Shown here: positions 1 through 8,779 of the stretch, piece after piece | How the letters are laid out: each line of letters begins with the position of its first letter | Position numbering within the stretch: the stretch's first letter is position 1 | Assembly (NCBI GenBank): GCA_019057375.1 | Contig: DXJF01000091.1 | Coordinates: 1 to 41,220, forward strand | Length of the DNA stretch: 41,220 nucleotides | Reading direction: 5' to 3' | Origin: Candidatus Heimdallarchaeota archaeon | GTDB lineage: Archaea > Asgardarchaeota > Heimdallarchaeia > Heimdallarchaeales > Heimdallarchaeaceae | Made by a program: the position numbers and the translations under genes | The notes under the pieces: generated by a model | Databases searched by the model: none | What the model was told of the DNA's origin: nothing | Seen by the model: only the letters and a program-made list of their open reading frames with translations

Positions 1-144
1 AAACGGGGAGCCTAGCTAGCTCTGTGCTGATAGCCCACTAACTAACACTGTCTTCATGACTTCCCCTCAACGCACGTGAGGGGATCCACTTAAACGACGG
101 TTAGAAAGCCTCTGGCAAGTTTAACCAAGTTTCATAACGTGCGT
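1..144 (+). mobile_element. Probable terminal non-coding end of an insertion sequence (IS110/IS1111 bridge-RNA-like, or IS200/IS605 TnpB omegaRNA-like); transposase lies outside the window
   Basis: More GC-rich than its surroundings, with no long ORF. Perfect 8-bp hairpin 62-69/77-84 (tcccctca/tgagggga) nested in an outer stem 42-52/96-104. It directly abuts a 5'-truncated host gene. Family assignment is inference. Confidence 0.45.
42..104 (+). ncRNA. Putative structured RNA module (stem - internal loop - hairpin)
   Basis: Pairs a47-t101, c48-g100, t49.g99, g50-c98, t51-a97, c52-g96. The G.U wobble favours the + strand. Unpaired 53-61 and 85-95 flank the 62-84 hairpin. Folded by eye only. 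Confidence 0.4.
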
Positions 145-375
145 CTAGGACATACTGCTTACATAGTCGATGAAGAATACCTGTTTACAGGTAATGCTCT
201 TAGATTGAATAAAAGTGTAGTCAAACCATTTCTCAGAATAATCAGTTTAGATTTTAAAAAACAACTAAAATCTATTGAAATGCTATCTCAACTCGATAAC
301 ATATCTATCTTGTTTACAGCTCATAATGGTTTTACTACTAACTTTGAAAAAGCTATAGAAAATTGGAAAAATTAA
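139..375 (+). pseudogene. C-terminal remnant of a metallo-beta-lactamase-fold hydrolase
   Basis: LGHTAY..LFTGNAL..LFTAHNG matches the C-terminal MBL motifs (GHT.GH, LFTGD, HG). The HxHxDH motif and N-terminus are absent, and GD is changed to GN. Confidence 0.55.
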
Positions 376-514
376 AACTCTCTTTCGTGAACTCGTGAGC
401 AGCTCCTACTTTATTTTTCAATTTCGTCTGCTTACTTAGTAACCTATTAATAGTTATACAACACGAATGATTAACTTTATATCGAATTAAATAGGCGATA
501 AATAAAACAAATCG

Positions 515-588
515 ACAACTTAATGTATACCTTTTACCGAAATGTATATATACCTTTTACCGAAATGTATACTTAAATCTTGAGTTGT
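515..588. promoter_or_regulatory. Perfect 23-bp tandem repeat inside a 9-bp imperfect inverted repeat, upstream of the membrane-protein/PadR operon
   Basis: tataccttttaccgaaatgtata at 526-548 and 549-571. Flanked by acaacttaa (515-523) and ttgagttgt (580-588), which are 8/9 complementary. Confidence 0.55.
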
Positions 589-593
589 GACAA

Positions 594-2387
594 ATGAATA
601 CAGTTTCTCAGGAAAAAATTAAGAGTACATTTCTAAAGAAGTTATTAAAAGAATTGATAAAACGAGGTGCACCAAATAGTACAATTAAGCAAACTCTAGA
701 TGAAGCTGCTGGAAGTTTAACAGATTATATTAGTGAAATGGATCTTAAAAATCTAGAATCTCTCGAGCAAAACTTTGGAACTCCGCAACAATTTTGTAAT
801 GAACAAATGATTGAATTTAATCGTGATGGATATCTTGCTCAATTATTCTATAATGTAATCTTTTCCCTTAGTTTTCTAACTATATTTGGTTTTGGTTTTT
901 CATTTTTGACTTTTTGGGAGTTTATTTACGGTCATGCTTTAAGTATTCCTTCTGCTGAAGCACTTATGCAAATCAGTAGTGGAATAAATGGATTATTGGG
1001 GACTCTGTTCTGTTTAAACGTTTTAGTATGGATTCTCAATAGATATTTCTCAAAGAGTTTATCAACATATGATCTGAGAAATAGAATACAAAACAAAGCA
1101 ACACTGGGAATATATTGGTATTTAGTATTAATCTGTGTAAGCATGTTCAGCTATTTATATTCAAAAGTTGGTTTTTTACTCCCTTTTGTTTGGAAACAAA
1201 ATATGAAGTTCTTAGTTATAGAAGGTTTATTGAGATGGCTCTTATTATTGTTTTACTTATCTACCACAGCAATCCTGTATACCATTAAATACGTGAAAAA
1301 TAACTCTGCAAAATTAAGAAAAGAAAATAGAACATATTTGATAGACAGTTTAGAAGGACTTGTATTTGTATTTGTACTAATAAGTTTCGTTGTCCCTCAA
1401 CCAGGAATTGGCTTGCTTGTAATATTATTGGGAATTAGTACAATACTAACCAATAATGTAACAGTAAAGACTTGGCTATTAGGCGTTACATCCATTTGTG
1501 TACAATTTGGTGTTCTTTTCAGAAATTTGATATTTTTTAGCTTCGATTTCCTTGGAGTTGATAGAACTAGTATTATTTTTGGAGTTAAGTTTACTCTCAA
1601 AGGTAATGAGGAAAAAGAATGGTATGCAATAATAGTATGTATCATTTTAATATTATTGTGGACCATTTCATGCATCTTAATTTTCAAAAGAGAGAACAAA
1701 AAATACAGACTAAAATTTGGTTTTAGAAAAGTAGGTAAGCAATATATCTCAGTTATTCTAATTTTCTTGGTTGGAGTTTCTCTTCTCGGATCTCAACCAC
1801 AGGAAACTACTTTGAAAATTGATTTTATGCCTGAGTATGATCAGATTAATGACTTATATAAGATTAATGAAAGAGTATGGATACCTAGAAAGGGAAAAAT
1901 CTATGTTTCTTTCTATGACTATGTCAGTTTCACACTTTGGGACTATGATTCAAATGGTTCTGTTGTTAATATAACTAATATTGTAGTAAATGGAAGTTGG
2001 CAAGTCACATGGCAAAATCAGGGAGAAAGCTTTAAATCCTTCTTTAAACAGGGATTTTTTAGCTCTCTCGCAGCTCCTACTGTTTTTGTTGTTGAAAGAG
2101 AAGAGTACAACGTGACTCAAGCCTTATGGTACTTTGTAATAGAAGCTAAAAGCTCAGGAATTCTTGAGTATCATTCAACAATTCTTGAGTATCTTTCAAC
2201 GGTGCTTCGTGAAGAAATTTCAATAATTATACCTTCCATGTCTTATCGTTGGGTAGCTCAAATTTCATGGTTTCCGTTTTATCTTGAACCTATAGTTGTT
2301 GGATTCATACTATCCTTTCTTCTTATAGACTTTGATACAAAGAATCAAATAAAAAGTAGACAAAGAAGTAAAGGAAGGGAGAGTTGA
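594..2387 (+). CDS. Multi-pass membrane protein with N-terminal HAAS/DUF1700-like helical domain
   Basis: N-terminal helical segment ending in LEQNFGTPQQF resembles the HAAS 'FGxP' motif. About 10 hydrophobic segments, then a soluble domain and a final TM helix. Adjacent to PadR. Confidence 0.6.
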   Translation: MNTVSQEKIKSTFLKKLLKELIKRGAPNSTIKQTLDEAAGSLTDYISEMDLKNLESLEQNFGTPQQFCNEQMIEFNRDGYLAQLFYNVIFSLSFLTIFGFGFSFLTFWEFIYGHALSIPSAEALMQISSGINGLLGTLFCLNVLVWILNRYFSKSLSTYDLRNRIQNKATLGIYWYLVLICVSMFSYLYSKVGFLLPFVWKQNMKFLVIEGLLRWLLLLFYLSTTAILYTIKYVKNNSAKLRKENRTYLIDSLEGLVFVFVLISFVVPQPGIGLLVILLGISTILTNNVTVKTWLLGVTSICVQFGVLFRNLIFFSFDFLGVDRTSIIFGVKFTLKGNEEKEWYAIIVCIILILLWTISCILIFKRENKKYRLKFGFRKVGKQYISVILIFLVGVSLLGSQPQETTLKIDFMPEYDQINDLYKINERVWIPRKGKIYVSFYDYVSFTLWDYDSNGSVVNITNIVVNGSWQVTWQNQGESFKSFFKQGFFSSLAAPTVFVVEREEYNVTQALWYFVIEAKSSGILEYHSTILEYLSTVLREEISIIIPSMSYRWVAQISWFPFYLEPIVVGFILSFLLIDFDTKNQIKSRQRSKGRES

Positions 2388-2389
2388 AA

Positions 2390-2758
2390 ATGAATGTTGA
2401 TGAACAAGAGAATCCTCTACTAAAAGCTTGGAAAGTACAACTCTCTAGAGGATTACTTGAGTTTTTAGTTCTTGTTCTATTGGAGAATAAGAGGCATGGT
2501 TACGATATTCTTCAGACAATTCGTTCTCTTTTTCCTAGATCTGAACCTCCTTTGTCTGATGGTACAATATATAATATACTCACAAGGTTAAAATCAAAAG
2601 ATCTTGTGTCAATGGAAACTGTACTTTTTGAAGGTAGAATGAGGAGATATTATTGTTTAACAAAGAAAGGTAAACAACTACAACAAGAAATGATTGATGA
2701 ATGGACAAATTTGAATTCATCTGTAATTAAAGCTCTAGAAATGTATTCCTTAATTTAG
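2390..2758 (+). CDS. PadR-family transcriptional regulator
   Basis: LEFLVLVLL..HGYDI..GTIYNILTRL..RRYYCLTKKG is a typical PadR winged helix. ATG at 2390 is preferred over TTG at 2384. Confidence 0.92.
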   Translation: MNVDEQENPLLKAWKVQLSRGLLEFLVLVLLENKRHGYDILQTIRSLFPRSEPPLSDGTIYNILTRLKSKDLVSMETVLFEGRMRRYYCLTKKGKQLQQEMIDEWTNLNSSVIKALEMYSLI

Positions 2759-2816
2759 TTTTCAACAATGATTTCATTGATTCTACTTCAAAAATTATTA
2801 TAGAAAAAGTAATTAA

Positions 2817-3314
2817 CTAACTAGTTAGTTTTCCTATTTCTTCTGCCCACTTTACCATATCTTCTTCTTTCCAGTTATGAGTACTATAAGTTCCAGGTTT
2901 TCCTCTGTTTTCTATCCATCCTCCAAAAACAGCTGTTAATGTTGGTTCAATGTTAGCGTTTTTCTTAACAACTTTATCAAGAAAACGACCTTTCCACTTC
3001 TCATATTTTTCCATTTCACCTTTTTCTAAAGCAGGATAAGTTATACCAGCTGATGAAATGAAGACAAACAATTTCTTTCCACTAAAATCATTTTTTAGAA
3101 ATTTCTTAGCTCTTTTTGTCCAGCTGAACTTAGCTAAACTTGATCCAACGATTACATTATCAAAACTAGATAAATCTACATTTTCTGTTTCACTTGAAAG
3201 TTTGACTACTTCCACTTCATGATTGAACTTTTCTTTTAATTCTCTAGCAATTACTTCTGATGATTTAGCTGTTGCACCAAATCTGGTTCCATATGCGATT
3301 AATGTTTTGCTCAT
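2817..3314 (-). CDS. Flavodoxin-domain protein (Flavodoxin_5/HemG-like)
   Basis: LIAYGTRFGAT FMN-binding loop, VIVGSS and FGG motifs. GGTG ribosome-binding motif before ATG 3314. Confidence 0.8.
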   Translation of the reverse strand: MSKTLIAYGTRFGATAKSSEVIARELKEKFNHEVEVVKLSSETENVDLSSFDNVIVGSSLAKFSWTKRAKKFLKNDFSGKKLFVFISSAGITYPALEKGEMEKYEKWKGRFLDKVVKKNANIEPTLTAVFGGWIENRGKPGTYSTHNWKEEDMVKWAEEIGKLTS

Positions 3315-3419
3315 TTTTAACACCTTGAATACATGGAAATAAGGATAACTGTGTATTTAAGACTATACTTTCCAAGTTAGCCAAATAACCCTTATAAAGG
3401 TTAAAAGACTTAATATCAT

Positions 3420-3983
3420 ATGTCTAGAATTCTCATCTTGAACGGAAGTCCTAGGAAGAAAGGTAATACTTTTTTTCTTATTCAAGAATTATCACGAATA
3501 GTAATTCAAGAGGGGCATGAAGTAGAAATTCTAAATCTTAATGATTATGACATCAAACCATGTCAAGGTTGTTTTTGGTGTTACAAGGAGTTTCCTTTAA
3601 GATGTGTTCAAAATGATGTTATGAATGGATTATATCCTTCTGTTCTAGACTCAGATGTAATAGTTTTTGCATCACCAATTTATTGGTTTAACTATTCAGC
3701 ACAGTTGAAGCTGTTTATAGATAGATTAGTGGCTTTACATGTTCAAGGAGGGCATTCTCTTAACGGGCACAAGTTTGCCAGCATTTTCGTATATGGAGAC
3801 ACAAATGCACAAGGATCAGGAGTTTATACAGCAATTGAATCAATAGACCACATGATTAGATATTTTAAAGGAGAAAATTTAGGTGTAGTTCATGGAACTG
3901 GAGGAGATAATTTAACAGTCCCTGATAATCCTGAGATCATGAAAGATCTAAGAGAACTCGCAGAAAAAATATGTTCACTTTAG
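3420..3983 (+). CDS. Iron-sulfur flavoprotein / NADPH-dependent FMN reductase family
   Basis: NGSPRKKGNT, CQGCFWC-x7-C cluster motif, FASPIYW, LKLFIDR. Confidence 0.88.
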   Translation: MSRILILNGSPRKKGNTFFLIQELSRIVIQEGHEVEILNLNDYDIKPCQGCFWCYKEFPLRCVQNDVMNGLYPSVLDSDVIVFASPIYWFNYSAQLKLFIDRLVALHVQGGHSLNGHKFASIFVYGDTNAQGSGVYTAIESIDHMIRYFKGENLGVVHGTGGDNLTVPDNPEIMKDLRELAEKICSL

Positions 3984-4068
3984 TTTTCTAATATTCTCTT
4001 AGCTGAATTCAGGAATCAAGTTCTTTTTTATTTAGTCAACTCTTATTAATGTTTTAGTCTTATTGTTT

Positions 4069-5580
4069 ATGATTAAACTGAAATCTAAAGTTCCTTCGTT
4101 TCTGATTATTTTACAATTATCTTTTAGTATATTCGGGATTTTAAGTGCTTCTTCAAATAATAATCGTAATATCAACAACATTACTTCAGATGTCAATTAC
4201 TTTACGATGGATACTTTTGGTCAAACTGAACTAGTCAATAGTTTTTCTGAAGAGCAATTTGGTGATCAATTTCTATTCTGGATAAACGTACCAGAGCTGG
4301 TTCAAATGAGAGGAACCTTATTAGCTAAAGGAAATTGGAGTTATATCTATATGGCTAATGAAACTATCGAATTACTAGGGGCGAATGCTTCTATTTCGAA
4401 ATGTGAAGCTCTTAGTCTTGAATTTGACTTAACTATTTACCCAAATGCAATTGAGGTTGCTGGTAGTCCTGATGGTAATTTAGGTGACATTGATGGAGAT
4501 CCACATATAACTATATTTTTAGCACCATTATGCAGGCATTATGGTGACAACTCAGTTTTAGGTTATTATGATGATAAGGATGACGAACATTACAATCCTT
4601 ACTCAAACTTAAGAGAAATGGTTTATGTTGATTCTGAACATTCACTTTATGATACCTATTGTATAATTACTCATGAGCTGAATCACATGATTTGGGGAAA
4701 TTACGAATTTGATGAAGCTAATTTCTTGCTAGAAGGTTTAGCAAATTATGCAGTAGATTATAATGGATATCATAGCTGGTGGGTTATTGATGGAGTAACA
4801 ACAACGTTTACTTATCATCCTGAACTCTCTCTTCTTTACTTTGTAAGAGAATATGGGGAATTGTGGGATGCTAGCTACGGTCAAGCATATTTGTTTGTAA
4901 CTTATTTAGCAAACCGTTTTGGCAATGATTTCACTAAGGAACTAGTTTCTATTGATACAGATGGAGCTAGTAGTGTAGATGTTGCCTTAAGCCGTTTTGG
5001 ATTTGATCTTACATTCAATGATGTTTATTTGGATTGGATAACAGCATGTACTCTAGACGACACAACATTTGCTGATGGTATTTATGGGTTTGAAACTGTT
5101 GATTATACAATTCAAACTCAAACTCCGATTGGTTATTACTTTCCTATCGAAAAAAATGATGTGAAGCATTATTATTATGGGTTTGATGCCAAAGCAATCT
5201 ATACAGATTATGACAATTTTACTTTTGTGATAGATGATCCTTATCCTAATGCTTTGGGTATTTCAATTGCAATTAAGGATGATTATGGCTGGAATGTAAC
5301 TCAATACTTCAATACTGCAGATTCTGAACAAATTTCTCTTTACATTGAAGGTGACAATATTCAACAAGCTTATGTGATAACAAGTTTGATGTCACCTGAT
5401 ACACCTTCAGAATTTGGTGTTGTGTATGCTCTTACTGAAGTTCCATCTGAATCTTTGAATTACTTCTTCTACGAAGGTAGATATGAAACCACTGAAGAGA
5501 GTTCATCAGCTTTTGTTCCATTGCTTTCAATATTCAGTTTATTCGTTGGTGTTCTTTTTAGAAGAAGAAAGAAAAAATAA
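4069..5580 (+). CDS. Secreted, C-terminally anchored gluzincin-type zinc metallopeptidase
   Basis: N-terminal signal/TM segment, HELNH plus downstream EGLA, GDIDGD motif, C-terminal hydrophobic helix followed by RRRKKK. Confidence 0.75.
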   Translation: MIKLKSKVPSFLIILQLSFSIFGILSASSNNNRNINNITSDVNYFTMDTFGQTELVNSFSEEQFGDQFLFWINVPELVQMRGTLLAKGNWSYIYMANETIELLGANASISKCEALSLEFDLTIYPNAIEVAGSPDGNLGDIDGDPHITIFLAPLCRHYGDNSVLGYYDDKDDEHYNPYSNLREMVYVDSEHSLYDTYCIITHELNHMIWGNYEFDEANFLLEGLANYAVDYNGYHSWWVIDGVTTTFTYHPELSLLYFVREYGELWDASYGQAYLFVTYLANRFGNDFTKELVSIDTDGASSVDVALSRFGFDLTFNDVYLDWITACTLDDTTFADGIYGFETVDYTIQTQTPIGYYFPIEKNDVKHYYYGFDAKAIYTDYDNFTFVIDDPYPNALGISIAIKDDYGWNVTQYFNTADSEQISLYIEGDNIQQAYVITSLMSPDTPSEFGVVYALTEVPSESLNYFFYEGRYETTEESSSAFVPLLSIFSLFVGVLFRRRKKK

Positions 5581-5629
5581 TCCCAAGTTACATTTATTAA
5601 TGTTTACACTACTTAAGTATCTGAAGAAT

Positions 5630-7126
5630 ATGAGAAAAATCCTCCCTTTCTTTATTTTCACTATACTTGTTTTTCCCCTCTTTTGTTCAAATTTCGTTAC
5701 TTCAACTCCCAGGGAGATAACTATAACTGTTATAGATGAGAAACCTGTTTATGAACTTGAGCACACGATTTCTGATACTTCTAATGAGCTCCAATCCTAT
5801 GAAAATTTCGGAGATCAAAAGGATTTTTGGACAGCTAATCTTCAAACCAATGAATGGTTTCAAGTAAGAGCTACTTTGCTAGCAGTTGGAGACAATTGTT
5901 ACATATACATGGATAATAGAACAATTGTTTCTATGGGTCAAAGTCAAGCTATAGAAAGAAGCGAGATTTGTAGGAATGAATTTGATAGAATCGTGTATCC
6001 AAAAAATTTTGAGTTAATGGGAAGTCCTGATGGAACTTTAGGTGATATTGATGATGATCCTCGAATAACTGTTTTCTTAGTTCAAGGAGTTGGGAGTTAC
6101 TATTTACAGCATAATGAGTTAGTTGGTACTTCTTATTCAAATAATAGAGAAATGGTCTATGTTGCTACTGGAATGCAACTCGTTAATACCATCGCTGTTA
6201 TGTGTCATGAGACTAACCATTTGTTTTTGTTCAATTATGATCTAGACGAAGCAATTTTCTTTGTTGAGGGATTAGCAGAATTTTCTATGTATAATGCTGG
6301 TTATATGTCTAATAACTCCTTTATGCAAGGTGGGATGACTTTAAACACAACCATGTCCTCATATCTATTTTCTCTTCATCCCTCTGTGTCTTTGTTTTTC
6401 TTTGATGAAAATTATTTCTCTTATGCAAGTTATGGAGCTGGTTATATGTTCCTTTTCTATCTAGCTGAGAAATATGGAATTCAAATCATTAGAGATTTAG
6501 TTCCACTTGATTCTCTTGATGGTTCTCAGGCAATTGAGCAAGTTTTGTCAAATCATGGATACAATATGAGTTTTAATGAGATTTTTCTGGATTTTATTAC
6601 TGCTTGTACTATTGATGAAACAGGAATTTACGGCAATCTCTATGGTTTTAGTGATGCTGACTTTCAGACAGCTACAAGACAGTTAGTTTATGAATTTCCT
6701 TATTCAGTTTCTGATATAAAGCATAGATACTATGGTGTTGAAATAAAAGAAATACATGCAGTTCCTAATGAGTTCACTTTAGAAATAGAAACGCCTGAAT
6801 CTCCCCGTTCCTTAGGTGTAGTAACCATTATTCATGATGATAATGGGTGGAATATTACACAGTTAATACTTACTGGTGATGGTTCTACTGCACAGTTGCT
6901 TTGTGAAGGAGATAACATAGCGGAAGTATATGTTGTAACCAGTATGATTAGAGAGGGAACACCTAATGCACCAAAAACATGGATGGAAAGCCCATCTAAT
7001 CTACTTGATTTCACCATCAAAGAAGGACATTCTCCTTCAACCACAGATGAAACAAGGATGACATTTCTATCTCTGTTACCATTTCTATTAGTTGCTGTAA
7101 TTCTTACTAGAAAAATCAAAGTATGA
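5630..7126 (+). CDS. Paralogous secreted, C-terminally anchored gluzincin-type metallopeptidase
   Basis: Start moved from 5483 to ATG 5630 (MRKILPFF signal peptide), which removes the overlap with the upstream gene. HETNH plus EGLA, GSPDGTLGDID shared with the upstream paralog, TM helix plus RKIK tail. Confidence 0.75.
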   Translation: MRKILPFFIFTILVFPLFCSNFVTSTPREITITVIDEKPVYELEHTISDTSNELQSYENFGDQKDFWTANLQTNEWFQVRATLLAVGDNCYIYMDNRTIVSMGQSQAIERSEICRNEFDRIVYPKNFELMGSPDGTLGDIDDDPRITVFLVQGVGSYYLQHNELVGTSYSNNREMVYVATGMQLVNTIAVMCHETNHLFLFNYDLDEAIFFVEGLAEFSMYNAGYMSNNSFMQGGMTLNTTMSSYLFSLHPSVSLFFFDENYFSYASYGAGYMFLFYLAEKYGIQIIRDLVPLDSLDGSQAIEQVLSNHGYNMSFNEIFLDFITACTIDETGIYGNLYGFSDADFQTATRQLVYEFPYSVSDIKHRYYGVEIKEIHAVPNEFTLEIETPESPRSLGVVTIIHDDNGWNITQLILTGDGSTAQLLCEGDNIAEVYVVTSMIREGTPNAPKTWMESPSNLLDFTIKEGHSPSTTDETRMTFLSLLPFLLVAVILTRKIKV

Positions 7127-7146
7127 AAGAAAAAAAGAAAAGGAAG
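7127..7146 (-). terminator. Oligo-T archaeal terminator for the 7171-7686 gene
   Basis: A-tract on the + strand (T-tract on -) just downstream of the stop, between convergent genes. Confidence 0.4.
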
Positions 7147-7170
7147 TTGATTTCTATTGATTGTTTTATT

Positions 7171-7686
7171 CTATAGATGTATTGTAAATGTCCCTTCAAT
7201 AAGAGTCATTCCACCTGCTGGTGTAAAAGTAGCCTTCATTAAGATACTATACCCACCTAGTGTTCCATGAGATACAGCTTCTCCAGAAATCATTCCATCA
7301 ATACGCACCATAACAGATACTCCAGAGAATTCTAAATCTAATCCATAAAATTGATCATCTATCATCCATGTTCCTATAAAAGAGTTTGTTCCAATAGCAT
7401 GGCCAATCTTAGTAACTGGATCAATATTCATTCTCTTAATTCCTGCATGAAGTACTCCATCTATATCCCCAAATACAATAAATGGAAACATGGCATCATC
7501 CCAGTGGACGACTCCATCATCAGAAACCCAAACTGTTGGAGGAACAAATACACCTGCAGGCGGAAACATATATTCCCATGCTGTAAAGTCTATTTTAGTT
7601 ACTTTAGCTTGAGTTGTTGAACTTCCTATAGCGACCATTCCCAGAAGAAGTACTACCATCAACGGGAGAATTTTCTTGCTTTTCAT
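7171..7686 (-). CDS. Secreted hypothetical beta-rich protein
   Basis: Basic-hydrophobic signal peptide (MKSKKILPLMVVLLLG..TQA). Mature part has alternating Gly/hydrophobic strands. Confidence 0.6.
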   Translation of the reverse strand: MKSKKILPLMVVLLLGMVAIGSSTTQAKVTKIDFTAWEYMFPPAGVFVPPTVWVSDDGVVHWDDAMFPFIVFGDIDGVLHAGIKRMNIDPVTKIGHAIGTNSFIGTWMIDDQFYGLDLEFSGVSVMVRIDGMISGEAVSHGTLGGYSILMKATFTPAGGMTLIEGTFTIHL

Positions 7687-7865
7687 TTTTTTTCGCCTTC
7701 CAATAAACTTGTAGAGTTTATCTGATATCTTGTCATCACATAAACTTTAAAAACCTTCTGTATATGTGGGGCTATCACTGCATAAATTACTGCTCATTTC
7801 GGTGCAATCTATCTAAAAACACGATTCTTGGATTTGCCAAGATGTAATGCAGGAATATTGAAAGT

Positions 7866-8741
7866 TTAGGGAGTTTCATCTTCTAGAATGAAAGAGTAAT
7901 CCTCTGGCGGTTCCTTTTTCTTGATTTTCCTTATTTCTTTTACATATTTGAGAAATTTCGAAAATCTTTCTATTGTAAGATTATCAGTATCATTCTCCCA
8001 ATCTGTGTCTGTCATAATTTCTCTTATTTGATTGACAAGAATGTTAAGTTCTTCAGCTGGTAGTTCGGATGCTAGTTTTCTAGCTGAAGTTATATCTGCT
8101 GAATCAACTCCAGGTATGTCATACCTATCAGGATCTCCTTCCCATGCTTCGAATGATGGTGCTATTTCTTCTGTAGAAAGCAAATCGATAATTCTATCAA
8201 CTGTAAAAGGAACAATTTTAGTGAATTTCTCATAAGCTTTAGCATACTTCTTTGAATATTCTATATTGGATTGATAATAGTTATCTGTTGGAAAGAGTTG
8301 GAAAATACTCTTTATCTGGAAGATTCCTGTTGGAAATTCTATTTGCAAATACTGTGCTCTATCGGGATCATTCGAAAAAGGTATTAATCTTAAGTCTTGT
8401 AATTTCTCCTTAATAGATAGTTTCCATACTTTTGCTACTGGTTTAAGCTGGAAAGCCCCATAAATATCATCGCTCTCATTATGTAGATGAATTATAGGTA
8501 GTTTTCTTCTTGTTGCTCCACTGTAGATTTTTCGAAAACTAGGTGAATCAATCTCACTTCCTTCTAAACGATAGTCAATAGAAACAAATCTGATCTCATC
8601 GTTGCAATCCATAATGTCCCATTGCACTCCCTCTAAAATGTTTATCAAATGAATCGAAACATCACTACTATCCTCTAAACAAAGAATATTTTCGAAGATG
8701 AATCGCAGATAATTTTCCGATTCATTGTTCATAAAATACAC
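7866..8741 (-). CDS. Hypothetical acidic soluble protein
   Basis: 291-aa open frame with no recognised motif. Alternative start is ATG 8732. Confidence 0.6.
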   Translation of the reverse strand: MYFMNNESENYLRFIFENILCLEDSSDVSIHLINILEGVQWDIMDCNDEIRFVSIDYRLEGSEIDSPSFRKIYSGATRRKLPIIHLHNESDDIYGAFQLKPVAKVWKLSIKEKLQDLRLIPFSNDPDRAQYLQIEFPTGIFQIKSIFQLFPTDNYYQSNIEYSKKYAKAYEKFTKIVPFTVDRIIDLLSTEEIAPSFEAWEGDPDRYDIPGVDSADITSARKLASELPAEELNILVNQIREIMTDTDWENDTDNLTIERFSKFLKYVKEIRKIKKKEPPEDYSFILEDETP

Positions 8742-8779
8742 TAATGTTCTCTTTTTTTAAATCTAACTGCTAAAAATTA

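Noticed and set aside
139-143. Group II intron 5' end (GTGCG), or EBS1-IBS1 pairing on the minus strand
   Set aside because: Coding sequence follows GTGCG. The loop is only about 60 nt from the junction, too close for EBS1, and no domain V is visible.
3187-3199. gtttcacttgaaa, similar to the terminal repeat motif and to mini-ORB
   Set aside because: Lies inside the flavodoxin CDS, is a single copy, and lacks the partner CCG-N11-GGT motif. Likely chance.
5483-5629. N-terminal extension of the second peptidase given in the ORF track
   Set aside because: Overlaps the upstream gene by 98 bp and precedes an obvious signal peptide starting at ATG 5630.
7826-7842. Hairpin tcttgg-atttg-ccaaga in the 7686-7866 gap
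   Set aside because: Only 6 bp, a single occurrence and no T-tract. Insufficient to call an RNA or a terminator.
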